DNA of 42,863 nucleotides from a virus. Shown here piece by piece: positions 17,225 through 26,940 of this stretch. Position numbers and translations under genes: made by a program. Every line of letters begins with the position of its first letter. The stretch's first letter is position 1. Under the pieces are notes generated by a model. That model was not told where the DNA came from, did no database searches, and saw only the letters and a list, made by a program, of their open reading frames with translations. Location: the UHGV virus genome UHGV-0096616; one strand, written 5' to 3'.

Positions 17225-19689
17225 CAGAATCCCCCAACAGTAAGGCGAGGAATAACGGCAAGAACAGACAGCGGCAACGGATCAAGCTGACGGATTTTTA
17301 CACGCCCGTTTTTGCCCCAGTTACTGTCCAGTTTCACTTCTACTTTTCCGGTAGCATCATCAACAGGATCATCGTAGAACTCGAATTCACGCTGTGGATA
17401 TTCGTACCATTTACCGCCGGGCGTAGTCGCCCAGATGCCGCGACTGGCATTCACAACCAGAGTAACGGAGGGGATCACCTGTTTTTTGTCCAGCAGCGTT
17501 TCCTGTCCGTTAATGTTGATATCCAGTGTTTCGAATTCAGCAGTTATTGGCAGGCCGATGTGCACTACAGCCCCCGGAGATTCCAGCGTGACGGCACCTC
17601 CGGAAACCACTTTCTGTGGTTCCACGTTCGCATCAGAGAGAATGTTTACGGTCTGGCCTTCAAGATGAGACAGGCCTCCAAATGTCCGGCGCGCCATCTG
17701 CCAGTTCGTGGTGGCCACATTCCTGAGGGATGGCGGGACGTTCCTGTTAGCACGAACCACTACAGCGGTATTACTGGTTACAGAAATAATGTCGCAACGT
17801 AATTCTTTTGACACCTCATCGCCAGTATCAGGTCCGGTATAAGGGAACTGTAGTTGCGCGCCGACATCACTACTGGTGAAGTACGCACCACCAGAAACAC
17901 TGATTGTATATTCCGCGCGGTAATCCCATTCGCCAGAACCACCAGTGATGATCATCGTTCTGTCAGACGTATTTCTTCCATCATAGCTAAGGCCAGAATC
18001 AACAAAGAAAGCATCTTCATCGCTGGTAAATAAACGGCTGGACAGTCGCTCGATGTATCTCACTGTTTGCCCGTTAACGGTTCGGTTAACGACGAAATAC
18101 ACCGCATCTTCATTGCCTTCGCTGATACTGCATGTGCTTTCATATTTTCCGGTACTGGATTGTGGTGCCCATGCAAAAACCTGCTGATCACGCAAATAGG
18201 TCATCACCAGTAATTTACCGTCATCACGAATGCAGAAGGCACTGGAGTAAGGGACAATCGAGAAGCACCAGTCAACAATGCTGTGCTTCTGAAAAAGATG
18301 ATTGGCAAGGATGGTCAGGTCGTTCCCCTGATAGCCGTCAACATCGAATGAGTAGGCCAGATCACGGACAACGCTGCCTTTCTCCTGGACGAACAGAGCA
18401 ATATTCGCCACGGCAATTGGCGGGACGTTGCTTGAGCCATTTGATCCCTGAGAGCTGAATGCAAATGATGATGGGGTTAACACTTTGTTCTGGTCGCCGG
18501 TGATGACGTACTCACCTCCGGAAGTCAGCGCCACCAGAGAACCAACATCAATCAGGTGGCGGATCTCATTAACCTGACGTCCGGCATAGGTGTAGATAAT
18601 TCTGTCGTCATCCTGCGTAGGATTGCTTTTGCCAAAATCCTTATAATCCCCGGTACGGCTGGCCCAGATAGTCTGAGGAAACGCAGTCGATGCGGCGAAG
18701 TAAAGACGTTGTTGATAATAAACAACAGTGCCAGGATAACCATTAACACTGTTCCAGGCATATTTAGCCCATTTATAGCTGGCATTATCCTCGCCAACGA
18801 CCTGCGAAGGGATATAGGAAATCACCTCGGCAGTTGCAGTAGTTCCATTTGCAGCAGTGATACGGGCAATGCCAAAACCACTGTGCAGATATTCCCACTC
18901 AATGCCAGTATCATCATCACCGGATCCGCCCCAGCCATCCCATGATGTGCCTTCTGTATGCGAAGGGCGCAAAGTACCTGTTTTGCCTGCTGTAACGGCG
19001 CGATAGTAGTTACTGTCTGCACGGCGAATATCGCCAATCGACGTACTCTTACTGGTTTCCCATACCGGCACAGAATCCACTGCAGGCTGTTCCAGATAGA
19101 ACAATTTGCCTACCTGCTCCGCGCCAAAAATTGAGGCGCTTGCCGTTAACGTAATTGTCCCGGTGCTGGCGCTGGCATAAACCGTCACTGACTCGTCAAT
19201 ATTGATATCTTCAAATGGCCCGTTCTTCGTTACCACATCAACCAGTTGCCAGTTGTCATGCGCATAGCGGCGCAACTCTTTCGGCGGGTATGCCGGATGA
19301 ACCAGCGTAAGCACGTCTGCGCTTTGCGTGAATTTAATTCGGAACAGATCGGCTTCAGTATATGGCGTGGCAATTTCATAAATAACATTGCTGCTGTTCA
19401 GCACCAACGCACCATCTTTGATAACGCGCATGTACTGGTGTCCGAACTCCAGAGCATAAGTCTGAACCGTCGAGAACTGGAACGGGATCAGGCGGCATTT
19501 CCGATTTGGGTATTTGGCGGCACCGACAAAACGCGTACCAGGTCGATTCTCAACGCCGCCATACTGCCGCACGATAAAGTTATCGCACTTGCGCAATGCC
19601 ACCTGGTACTTCGCCATGTCGATACGACCGTACAAAGACGGTCCAATCTCACCACCGGCAAAGCTGGGCTGGATCCAACTGATAGCCAT
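17224..19689 (-). CDS. tail tubular protein B / nozzle (gp12-like), 821 aa
   Basis: Size and position directly after the gp11-like adaptor. Confidence 0.55.
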   Translation of the reverse strand: MAISWIQPSFAGGEIGPSLYGRIDMAKYQVALRKCDNFIVRQYGGVENRPGTRFVGAAKYPNRKCRLIPFQFSTVQTYALEFGHQYMRVIKDGALVLNSSNVIYEIATPYTEADLFRIKFTQSADVLTLVHPAYPPKELRRYAHDNWQLVDVVTKNGPFEDINIDESVTVYASASTGTITLTASASIFGAEQVGKLFYLEQPAVDSVPVWETSKSTSIGDIRRADSNYYRAVTAGKTGTLRPSHTEGTSWDGWGGSGDDDTGIEWEYLHSGFGIARITAANGTTATAEVISYIPSQVVGEDNASYKWAKYAWNSVNGYPGTVVYYQQRLYFAASTAFPQTIWASRTGDYKDFGKSNPTQDDDRIIYTYAGRQVNEIRHLIDVGSLVALTSGGEYVITGDQNKVLTPSSFAFSSQGSNGSSNVPPIAVANIALFVQEKGSVVRDLAYSFDVDGYQGNDLTILANHLFQKHSIVDWCFSIVPYSSAFCIRDDGKLLVMTYLRDQQVFAWAPQSSTGKYESTCSISEGNEDAVYFVVNRTVNGQTVRYIERLSSRLFTSDEDAFFVDSGLSYDGRNTSDRTMIITGGSGEWDYRAEYTISVSGGAYFTSSDVGAQLQFPYTGPDTGDEVSKELRCDIISVTSNTAVVVRANRNVPPSLRNVATTNWQMARRTFGGLSHLEGQTVNILSDANVEPQKVVSGGAVTLESPGAVVHIGLPITAEFETLDININGQETLLDKKQVIPSVTLVVNASRGIWATTPGGKWYEYPQREFEFYDDPVDDATGKVEVKLDSNWGKNGRVKIRQLDPLPLSVLAVIPRLTVGGF

Positions 19690-20297
19690 CAGGACAACCT
19701 CGCAATGGTAAACTCGTCAACCGGTGGCTGTGGTTCCTGTGATTCATTCTGGCTATGCGAGCCAGCACTAAGAATCACGCGATTGTACATATTGAGGGCA
19801 AACGTACCGAGGTCTGCATTCCCAGTCAGCGCCATGTTAATAGCTGCCGCAAGACGCCAGGCCAACGCCTCCATAAAAATGGCATCAAACATGTTCACAT
19901 CTGTAACGCGAGAGACATACTTGAGCCATGCCTGAGGCTGGTCTGTGTAGATCAACTTTCCTGTTCCGTTGGTGTCTGCACCAACTTCGTACTGAACGCG
20001 CATTGCTGCTGTTGGATTGCGTACACCAGGAAGCATAATTTCAGTAATGCGCAGACAATCTGACGGGTACTGGTACGCATATTCCCAGTCAGGCGGTGGA
20101 TTGCTCGTATCTGCAAGCGCCACGCGTTTGGTAGCAAAGTTCCAGTCAAAATCAGAAAGCACAGCATCACGGCAGGCCTCAAAGTGCAGCGAACATTCCC
20201 CCGCTTCCTTGCTGGCTTCCGTCAGGCTGTTAATGCTGCGGCTGTTGCCAATATTGGACAGCGCACGATTACAGATCTCTACTACAGAGGCCATCAC
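19689..20297 (-). CDS. tail tubular protein A / adaptor-gatekeeper (gp11-like), 202 aa
   Basis: Size, position and N-terminal resemblance to T7 gp11 as recalled. Confidence 0.5.
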   Translation of the reverse strand: MMASVVEICNRALSNIGNSRSINSLTEASKEAGECSLHFEACRDAVLSDFDWNFATKRVALADTSNPPPDWEYAYQYPSDCLRITEIMLPGVRNPTAAMRVQYEVGADTNGTGKLIYTDQPQAWLKYVSRVTDVNMFDAIFMEALAWRLAAAINMALTGNADLGTFALNMYNRVILSAGSHSQNESQEPQPPVDEFTIARLS

Positions 20298-20623
20298 TCA
20301 CCTCCGTTACCGTACAGAGTTTCAGCCGCTGATTTTTCTACATCCCCGGAAACAGGAGCGATCGCCATATCAGTGATCTGCAGATCGGCGCTGCGATTAA
20401 CACCATCGTCAGTTTCTCTGGCAGACAGGCCTCGAATAACAGCCTTTGCAGTTATCATCACTTCTGTTCCGACGCCCTGAGGTTGCGCCTTCAGCTTATT
20501 CAATGTGTCGTTATTCAGCGTGATGCACAGCCCCCACGGGTATTCATCGCGAGTTCTGGTTTCTCCGCTCTCATCCTGGTAGCTGTCAGTGCCGGTTTTG
20601 AGGTTTACGAGTTCCATATACAC
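20294..20623 (-). CDS. hypothetical structural protein (109 aa)
   Basis: In capsid-tail module; overlaps the downstream start. Confidence 0.4.
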   Translation of the reverse strand: MYMELVNLKTGTDSYQDESGETRTRDEYPWGLCITLNNDTLNKLKAQPQGVGTEVMITAKAVIRGLSARETDDGVNRSADLQITDMAIAPVSGDVEKSAAETLYGNGGE

Positions 20624-20667
20624 TCCTGCAATAAAGGGGCCGAAGCCCCTTGTCTGATCCGCGAGGC

Positions 20668-21012
20668 TTACACGCCCAGTTCTTTACGCTTATCTGCGAT
20701 CTTCTCGCGGAGCGTTTCGGCTTTGGCGTTATGGTGTGGCTTCTCGTTAAAGAGCAATTCGTACTCTTCACGGAGCTTATCCAGTTCACCATCATCTGAC
20801 ACATCGTTGATGATTTTGGTGCTGGTTGCTGCCATTGACACCTTTCCTGCAACTTTTGCTTTTGCCTGTCTGGCTGCATCGTTAACAGGTTCCAGTGCGC
20901 TACCAGGCTCACCTTCGTATTCGATTTCTGCCCCCTCCGGCCACAGAGTGTTATGGATATGAGAGAGGCGCAGAACGCGGTATCTTGGTTTCTCACCTGA
21001 CATCGATATCAC
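20668..21012 (-). CDS. hypothetical structural protein (114 aa)
   Basis: In capsid-tail module. Confidence 0.4.
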   Translation of the reverse strand: MISMSGEKPRYRVLRLSHIHNTLWPEGAEIEYEGEPGSALEPVNDAARQAKAKVAGKVSMAATSTKIINDVSDDGELDKLREEYELLFNEKPHHNAKAETLREKIADKRKELGV

Positions 21013-21013
21013 C

Positions 21014-21451
21014 TTAACCAGTTACTTTTGAGCGGATCGGATACGGCGTATTGGCATCAACATCAAGACTGATACCAGCAGTGAATTCGCCAGCCGTTAG
21101 TGGGCCAGTTGCGACGGAGTAGTTAACACGCAGATATCGCTGAACACCGGCAGGCACCTTTGCAGAAACAACTCGTTTACCTGCTGTCAGGGCGGTCTTT
21201 GCCAGTGCGCCACTATCATAAATAGTGGTCCATGAGCTGTTATCCTCACTCGTCTGCAACTGGATGTTTACAGTTGCATCACCGCTTGCCGCGGCGGCTG
21301 TGTTAACCAGCGCCCAAAACTCAAGCGGGTAACCCACGCCGATATCACGACGTCTTCCGTCAATTGGACCGAGATCGATTACGTCAGTAGAAGCCGCGGT
21401 ATTCGTAACCGCCTGAGCTTCGGAGAACATCAACAGTTTGTCGGTGATCAT
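21014..21451 (-). CDS. hypothetical head protein, possible capsid decoration protein (145 aa)
   Basis: Immediately downstream of the major capsid gene; Ala/Thr-rich. Confidence 0.4.
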   Translation of the reverse strand: MITDKLLMFSEAQAVTNTAASTDVIDLGPIDGRRRDIGVGYPLEFWALVNTAAAASGDATVNIQLQTSEDNSSWTTIYDSGALAKTALTAGKRVVSAKVPAGVQRYLRVNYSVATGPLTAGEFTAGISLDVDANTPYPIRSKVTG

Positions 21452-21502
21452 CTTCTTTCTCCATTAGTGGGTCTGTTACGACCCACAGGTTAATAACAGG
21501 CG

Positions 21503-22495
21503 TTACACCACGCGGGCTTCTGTTTCCAGAAGCGCATCAGTTTCACGGATTGGTACACCACGGAATGAAGTCCACCACTCGCCTTCAGTCTCTTTTACGC
21601 TGATAGCCAGAGATGTTTTCTCCAGAGATTGCAGATCAAGAGCCTGGCCTACAGTGCGGTTCATGTAGAACACCGGGCGGCCCATGCCACGGTTTGGAAT
21701 GCGATGCAGTGCTTTAACCATCAACTTCGCAATATTTGCGGCAGAGGAAGGTTCTGAAAGATTGCTGACATCGATGTTTGCAATGCGAACAACATAACGC
21801 CAGTCACGCAGAGCAAGTCCGTTATCCCATTTATAATGGGTGCGATAGCCTTCGTACTTGCCGCCATTAGCATCTTCCAGTGTCACCTGGCCTTTATCTT
21901 CCATCTGGATGCCAGCCTTCTGCCCTTTCGGGAAGATGCCATGCACGGTGTTTTCGCCCCACACCACTAACCAGATTGAGGTGTTATCTGTACCCGTGCC
22001 ACCAGCATCAATGATGTTCTGAGCATTACCCGCAGACAGGCTGGAATAGCGGGAGGACAGTCCCATAAACTGCTGAGGGTTAACGCTGGAATCACCATAA
22101 AACAGCGTCTGCGCCATCTGCTGATTCATCGCTTCAATAAATGCGCGGTCTTCAGACAGGCGGAATTCGGCGGTATTGCCGTTCAGATCAGCCAGTGACT
22201 TATCGACTTCAGCATAGGTTTCCAGCATGCCCACGGAATCGGTTACCTGCACTGTGGTTGATTTGCTTGGCTGTACGCCATAGTTCAGCAAACGCCAGGT
22301 AGCTGAAGGTAAACCAGAACGAATGGTGGTTCGGTGTCCGGTAGGAAGGTTCCCTTCGACAAAAGGCATATCCTGAAGGATCGGGTTAGTTTGACTGAGA
22401 AGCTCGATAATCTTATCGACTTTCCCGTTTGGATCGACGCGCTTACCCCAGTCAGCCAGCGTTAGCGCAGTTAAGCCTTTAACAGCCATTGTCAT
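21503..22495 (-). CDS. major capsid protein (330 aa)
   Basis: Follows scaffold and portal; size and composition fit an HK97-fold coat protein. Confidence 0.7.
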   Translation of the reverse strand: MTMAVKGLTALTLADWGKRVDPNGKVDKIIELLSQTNPILQDMPFVEGNLPTGHRTTIRSGLPSATWRLLNYGVQPSKSTTVQVTDSVGMLETYAEVDKSLADLNGNTAEFRLSEDRAFIEAMNQQMAQTLFYGDSSVNPQQFMGLSSRYSSLSAGNAQNIIDAGGTGTDNTSIWLVVWGENTVHGIFPKGQKAGIQMEDKGQVTLEDANGGKYEGYRTHYKWDNGLALRDWRYVVRIANIDVSNLSEPSSAANIAKLMVKALHRIPNRGMGRPVFYMNRTVGQALDLQSLEKTSLAISVKETEGEWWTSFRGVPIRETDALLETEARVV

Positions 22496-22503
22496 TTCCT
22501 CTC

Positions 22504-23205
22504 TTATTTGCCATAGAGCACTTCGGCCGCACTACGCTGGCCTTCATTACCACCGGTGACCATGCCATCTTCAGACATCGCCTTTCCGATTTTCACGAAC
22601 GTTTTGACCAGATCAGGGTGATTACCCAGCCCGGTGGTGTTCAGATATTCTTTGAGTTCAGGTGTCCCGAACTGGTCAAGCGCACGCTGTGCGGCGCTAA
22701 GGTTAGAAATCAACTTGTCGCCACCGATTTCTTTGTCAGCTTTTACATCCGCAGCCCACTGCTCGGTTGTTTTCTGCCAGGCTTCTGCCTGGCGCTGCTG
22801 AACACCTGCCAGAATCTTCGGATAAGCATCAACCAGCTTTTGCGCTTGCTCGTTGGTCAGGTTAAGTTCTCGCGCCACCGGCTCGAATTCCTTCAACGCT
22901 TCTGTATCCAGCTCTACGCCTTCGGCAGCCTGAAACTCGTACTTCTCAGGCGCACCCTCTGGTTTATCGCCGTCCTTTTTTTCATCCTGCTTATCGCTTT
23001 CAGGCTTTTTGTCATCAGCAGGTTTATCGCCATCAGCAACAGGTTGCGGCTTATCACCTTCTTGTTGTGATGGATCACCAACTGGAGCAGGGTTATCACC
23101 TGCAGGCGCTGACGGTTCTGACGCAGCCGGAGCTGCTCCACCATCGACTGGTTGCTCATTGCAAAGACGGCGATACAGCAAACGCTCAAATAAATTCATG
23201 ATCAC
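22504..23205 (-). CDS. scaffolding protein (233 aa, acidic, Pro/Ala/Lys-rich)
   Basis: Low-complexity acidic helical protein between portal and capsid. Confidence 0.6.
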   Translation of the reverse strand: MIMNLFERLLYRRLCNEQPVDGGAAPAASEPSAPAGDNPAPVGDPSQQEGDKPQPVADGDKPADDKKPESDKQDEKKDGDKPEGAPEKYEFQAAEGVELDTEALKEFEPVARELNLTNEQAQKLVDAYPKILAGVQQRQAEAWQKTTEQWAADVKADKEIGGDKLISNLSAAQRALDQFGTPELKEYLNTTGLGNHPDLVKTFVKIGKAMSEDGMVTGGNEGQRSAAEVLYGK

Positions 23206-23498
23206 TCCTGTTCACTGGCCTCTTTGGCCATCTTCAAATACTGTTCAGGGCAATGCGCCATAACGCGCTGAAACAGTTCCAGCGCCAGATTGCGTTGCCC
23301 CTCATTAAATGCCATTGCCATAGCGTCCATCGGTGAGATAGCGGAAAACACACGGCCTTTCTCCAGCACCGACCAGACAACGCGACGCCCCTGTTCACTG
23401 CTCATGACAAAGCGAATGTCATCAATTTCACGCTGTGCCATGTCACGTTGCTTACGGGCGTTTTCTTCTTTCAGTTGATCATCTTCGTAATCTGTCAT
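23202..23498 (-). CDS. small hypothetical head-morphogenesis protein (98 aa)
   Basis: Translationally coupled between portal and scaffold. Confidence 0.4.
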   Translation of the reverse strand: MTDYEDDQLKEENARKQRDMAQREIDDIRFVMSSEQGRRVVWSVLEKGRVFSAISPMDAMAMAFNEGQRNLALELFQRVMAHCPEQYLKMAKEASEQE

Positions 23499-25174
23499 TG
23501 TGATTGCCCACCCTGACCACTAACTGCATTCGCCATAGCTGACAAAACACTCGGATCCGAAGTTTTAGCTTCGCTTAGCGTCTTGGCACCCTGTGCCGCC
23601 GCCATCCCCATCGCCATCATTTGTTGCTGCTGTTGTTGCTGTGCCCGTTGCTGGCGAGCCTGCTCAACCTGTTCCTGCGGAACAATGACGGTTGGAGACA
23701 CTCCGGACATATCAGCGAATGCATCGATCGCCTGATCAACGTTGAGTTTGTCGAGAGCTTCTGGTTTCGCTTGCGCAAGTTGACCAATGAAGTTAACCGT
23801 GGACGCCAGACTGGACAGGCCGATAGACTTCTGCGCCTGAGCCATGACGGAAATGTATTCGACCTTCAGGGGCATACCTTCCATCGCGTGAGGCGGTGGC
23901 GGCAGCATGTTTTTACGCACCATCATCGAGAAAGCGCGGTCAATGAGAGGGTTAAGACATTCGTCGTTCAGACGCTCCAGAACCGGCCCCAACATCAGAA
24001 GTTTTTCTTCTTTCATTTCGATCACCGCTTCAACAGGCATCGAGCGGGTATTGATGTTCTGCAACATCATGAACAGATCGACAAAGTAGGCGCTGTTAAT
24101 GATTTGACGAGTGTCCTGAATGTCTGCCACCAAATCTGCTGTACTGGGGTTAACCAGATAAGCAGGCCTGAAGCCATCCTGACCAGTAATCTGATCGATA
24201 TACGTGATGTCGCCAGGAAGAAGGGAGGCGCGCTGATTCTTGAGGGAAGTCGGAGCAACCATCGGCGGATTGGTGGCTTTATCAATCAACTGCGACTTGC
24301 GCTTCTGGAGAAGCTGCAATGCCTTAACAGGTCCAAGCGCCAGCATACCCGGGCATGATGATCCATAAACATCTTCGCCGTTAACTTCCCAGCGCGGAGC
24401 CATAATTGGAAACTCATCGAATCCGGACTCACGCAACAACTTGTCGTTATCGCCACCAACCTCGTAATAAACCGATTTGAATGGCTTGTTCTTGCTATCC
24501 AGCTTCGATGTATCGCGGTCAATGTTCGGGTAAACCGAATGCATCACTTCAATCCACTTCTCGTAGGTGCCGCTTTCCCACATGCTTTTTACGGATTCGC
24601 TGACGTTATTTAGCCCGAACTCCTGAACAAGCTGACGAACAGTCATAGAGAACTTGCGAAAACAGGTGTCCACACTGCCACGAGGTGAGTTAGCCAGGTA
24701 GTAACTGCCTATCGGGAATGGCATTGTGCGAATGATGTCCTCGTCATCCTCCAGCACCGCCATTGCACCAGTGCTGTATGTGCCGAGGCTTCCGTATAAC
24801 TGCGGCAGCGACTGATAGAGATTCGACTTATTGAACATATCGTTCATGCGGTTCTGCACCGCCTCAAGCCACAACTTAACAGGGCCATAATCCATCATTT
24901 CAGGATCTGGCGTAGCCAGGCGAAACCACGGACGCGCGGGGCTTGTGATGCCTGACATCATGCCGCTGGCGAGAGTGCGCGCCGCCATAGTCCCGGTCGA
25001 ATCAATAATGCGTGTATTGCGTCGATCGTTACGGTTGACCTCAGAAGTCAGAAAGCGGGAACCACGTGGGTTGATGTAATCACTCAACTCGCGCCAGTGC
25101 GGCTCGAACGACTGACGCTCGCTTTCAAGTTGTGCGAACTGTTTGTTCAATCGCTCTTTAGTTGTTTCCGCCAT
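23495..25174 (-). CDS. portal (head-to-tail connector) protein, 559 aa
   Basis: Size, position after terminase, Q-rich C-terminal tail. Confidence 0.75.
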   Translation of the reverse strand: MAETTKERLNKQFAQLESERQSFEPHWRELSDYINPRGSRFLTSEVNRNDRRNTRIIDSTGTMAARTLASGMMSGITSPARPWFRLATPDPEMMDYGPVKLWLEAVQNRMNDMFNKSNLYQSLPQLYGSLGTYSTGAMAVLEDDEDIIRTMPFPIGSYYLANSPRGSVDTCFRKFSMTVRQLVQEFGLNNVSESVKSMWESGTYEKWIEVMHSVYPNIDRDTSKLDSKNKPFKSVYYEVGGDNDKLLRESGFDEFPIMAPRWEVNGEDVYGSSCPGMLALGPVKALQLLQKRKSQLIDKATNPPMVAPTSLKNQRASLLPGDITYIDQITGQDGFRPAYLVNPSTADLVADIQDTRQIINSAYFVDLFMMLQNINTRSMPVEAVIEMKEEKLLMLGPVLERLNDECLNPLIDRAFSMMVRKNMLPPPPHAMEGMPLKVEYISVMAQAQKSIGLSSLASTVNFIGQLAQAKPEALDKLNVDQAIDAFADMSGVSPTVIVPQEQVEQARQQRAQQQQQQQMMAMGMAAAQGAKTLSEAKTSDPSVLSAMANAVSGQGGQSQ

Positions 25175-25188
25175 TTCAATGACTCCGG

Positions 25189-25395
25189 TTACTGACCAAG
25201 CAGCGTTTTACCGCCGGTCTTAGCGGTTGATGTGTCGCCCTGAGAACCGGTAAGCAGCGTAGAACTACGACCAGCAGCAGCGCGACGGCGACGAGTTTCT
25301 TCGTCGCGGGCATCAACAACGGCGGCATCCTGCTCCTGTGGTGCTGCCTGAACTTCTGGTGTTGCAGGCACTGATGGTGAGCTACCCATGCACAT
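25189..25395 (-). CDS. small acidic hypothetical protein (68 aa)
   Basis: GGAG RBS; upstream of portal; an alternative overlapping frame exists. Confidence 0.3.
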   Translation of the reverse strand: MCMGSSPSVPATPEVQAAPQEQDAAVVDARDEETRRRRAAAGRSSTLLTGSQGDTSTAKTGGKTLLGQ

Positions 25396-25484
25396 ATCAA
25401 TGACTCCGTACGCAATTAAATTATTACCAATTTAACCACATATGATTTATTTATCGTAGATAGTTGACATTTAACGCACAAATT

Positions 25485-25501
25485 ATTACCTTTCAGGTAA
25501 C
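25485..25501. promoter_or_regulatory. palindrome ATTACCTTTCAGGTAAC (site 4) with -35 TTGACA at 25464-25469
   Basis: Dyad 17 bp downstream of a consensus -35; faces the noncoding leader and tRNA. Confidence 0.5.
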
Positions 25502-25822
25502 CAAAGAGTTCATTCCGGTTACTAACCTGACTGGCTTGTCGTTAAATTGAACAGGTGGAGTGAGCTTTTATTTTGAGCAGTACGGCGTATGGCACATGCG
25601 CCGATAGCGGTCTGGATACGTTTAAGGGGCACCCTCCCTTGCTCGGGCAAACGAACCAGGTAGCCGGAATGTGCAAGTCGAGCGGTTTTATTCCGCGCAC
25701 GGGGATTCACCATCCCGGCGATTCGGTGTGACGCCTCGGAAGAGACGAGGGTACAACGATGAGAGCATTTATGGAGCCGCGACAAAGTGTGGTGCCTTAA
25801 CAGGCTAAGTGCTCTCAGCGTT

Positions 25823-25899
25823 GTGGCATTAGCTCAGTTGGACAGACCAACCGCCTTCTAAGCGGTTGGTCGCAGGTTCGAATCCTGCATGCCACGCCA
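25823..25899 (+). tRNA. tRNA-Arg (anticodon UCU)
   Basis: Cloverleaf read by hand: acceptor stem GTGGCAT/ATGCCAC, T-arm GCAGG-TTCGAAT-CCTGC, anticodon loop CTTCTAA, 3-prime GCCA; one D-stem mismatch. Confidence 0.85.
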
Positions 25900-26062
25900 G
25901 AATCACGCCTAAGGACCGTGATGCCAGAAGTTCCAGGTGCTTGGCGGTGATGGTTTCCCTTGAAGGACTATCACCGCCCTTTTTACAGCAGGACGCCATT
26001 GCGATGACTTCATGCTGTAAACCAGTACAGCCACGGAAGGCATAACTCATTGCTTCCAGTTC

Positions 26063-26086
26063 GCCCGGTTCGCCGGGCATTTTTTT
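26063..26086 (+). terminator. intrinsic terminator (GCCCGG-ttcg-CCGGGC then A-TTTTTTT)
   Basis: Perfect hairpin plus T7 run after the tRNA. Confidence 0.7.
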
Positions 26087-26101
26087 GCTTGATGACCGCA
26101 A

Positions 26102-26118
26102 ATTACCTTAAAGGTATA
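26102..26118. promoter_or_regulatory. palindrome ATTACCTTAAAGGTATA (site 5) inside a promoter (-35 ATGACC 26092-26097, -10 TATAAT 26115-26120)
   Basis: Dyad between -35 and -10 with 17-bp spacing. Confidence 0.5.
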
Positions 26119-26145
26119 ATCATGAAAAACTTCAAGGTAATTAGC

Positions 26146-26940
26146 ATGTTTGAATCGTTTAAAGAGCTGTTTTTATCTACTGCCAATACTGCCGTGAATA
26201 GAGCCAAAAACCCTGTGCTTGGTGCTTTTGTTATGTCCTGGTGCGCCTTCAACTGGAAATCAATTCTTTATCTATTTTTTAGCAAATCAAACATAATAGA
26301 TAAAATTTCATATATCTCAGATAACAGCACATGGAAAACTGTTATGTTTTATCCATGCTTATCTGTAATTGCTATCTGCTGCCTATTACCATGGGTAAAC
26401 AATATCATTAACGTATGGCAAGCAAAGCCTCTTGATAATAATGACTCAATCGAAAATCACCTGAAGGCAAGAAAAATCCAGCGTGAAACAAGACTGCAGA
26501 GGTTATTGGCTAAAAAAGATGTTACATACGACAAAGTTAAGACTGGCGCGGAAAAAGACATCCAAGAGATGAAAGAAGAGATTATTCGATCAAAGAATAG
26601 TATGGGGGAATTGACTGCCGAGTTGAAAGCTAAAGATGACGAATTGAGATCCGCCAGTGCTCAGTTAGCAGCTCTAAATCATTCATTAAAAGAGATATCG
26701 GAAACTCTTGGAAGAATGAATGAGGCATATAATACCCTCCAAAATGATTTCGACGAATACAAACTCAAATACCCTGAAAAATCTCAAATAAAAAGCCTTG
26801 CACTTGGCAACGGCCAAACAATTAGCAACTTTTTGGAGCAACACAACTTATCCGGATTAAAATCTGGTAAGCCAAACGTTTTTAATAACTTTGGTGTTCT
26901 ATCTGGATTATCAGGTTTCGAGGATAAAAATAAAGACTAA
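26146..26940 (+). CDS. AT-rich accessory (moron) membrane protein with long C-terminal coiled coil (~264 aa); candidate superinfection-exclusion/abortive-infection factor
   Basis: Two predicted TM helices then coiled coil; visibly low GC; opposite strand to the late operon; own promoter and terminator; start set at ATG 26146 (AAGG RBS) because the track start at 26122 abuts the -10. Confidence 0.5.
   Translation: MFESFKELFLSTANTAVNRAKNPVLGAFVMSWCAFNWKSILYLFFSKSNIIDKISYISDNSTWKTVMFYPCLSVIAICCLLPWVNNIINVWQAKPLDNNDSIENHLKARKIQRETRLQRLLAKKDVTYDKVKTGAEKDIQEMKEEIIRSKNSMGELTAELKAKDDELRSASAQLAALNHSLKEISETLGRMNEAYNTLQNDFDEYKLKYPEKSQIKSLALGNGQTISNFLEQHNLSGLKSGKPNVFNNFGVLSGLSGFEDKNKD

Noticed and set aside
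25522-25785. Minus-strand ORF (87 aa) in the region upstream of the tRNA
   Set aside because: Begins at TTG with no RBS in a GC-rich, hairpin-rich segment; more likely noncoding
25829-26101. Minus-strand ORF (90 aa) from the ORF track
   Set aside because: It overlaps the tRNA-Arg gene and the intrinsic terminator; the tRNA cloverleaf is far better supported
26122-26145. Upstream ATG (26122) as start of the membrane coiled-coil ORF
   Set aside because: It lies 1 nt after the TATAAT -10 hexamer so would sit at or before the transcript start without an RBS; the ATG at 26146 with an AAGG RBS is preferred, though a leaderless start cannot be excluded
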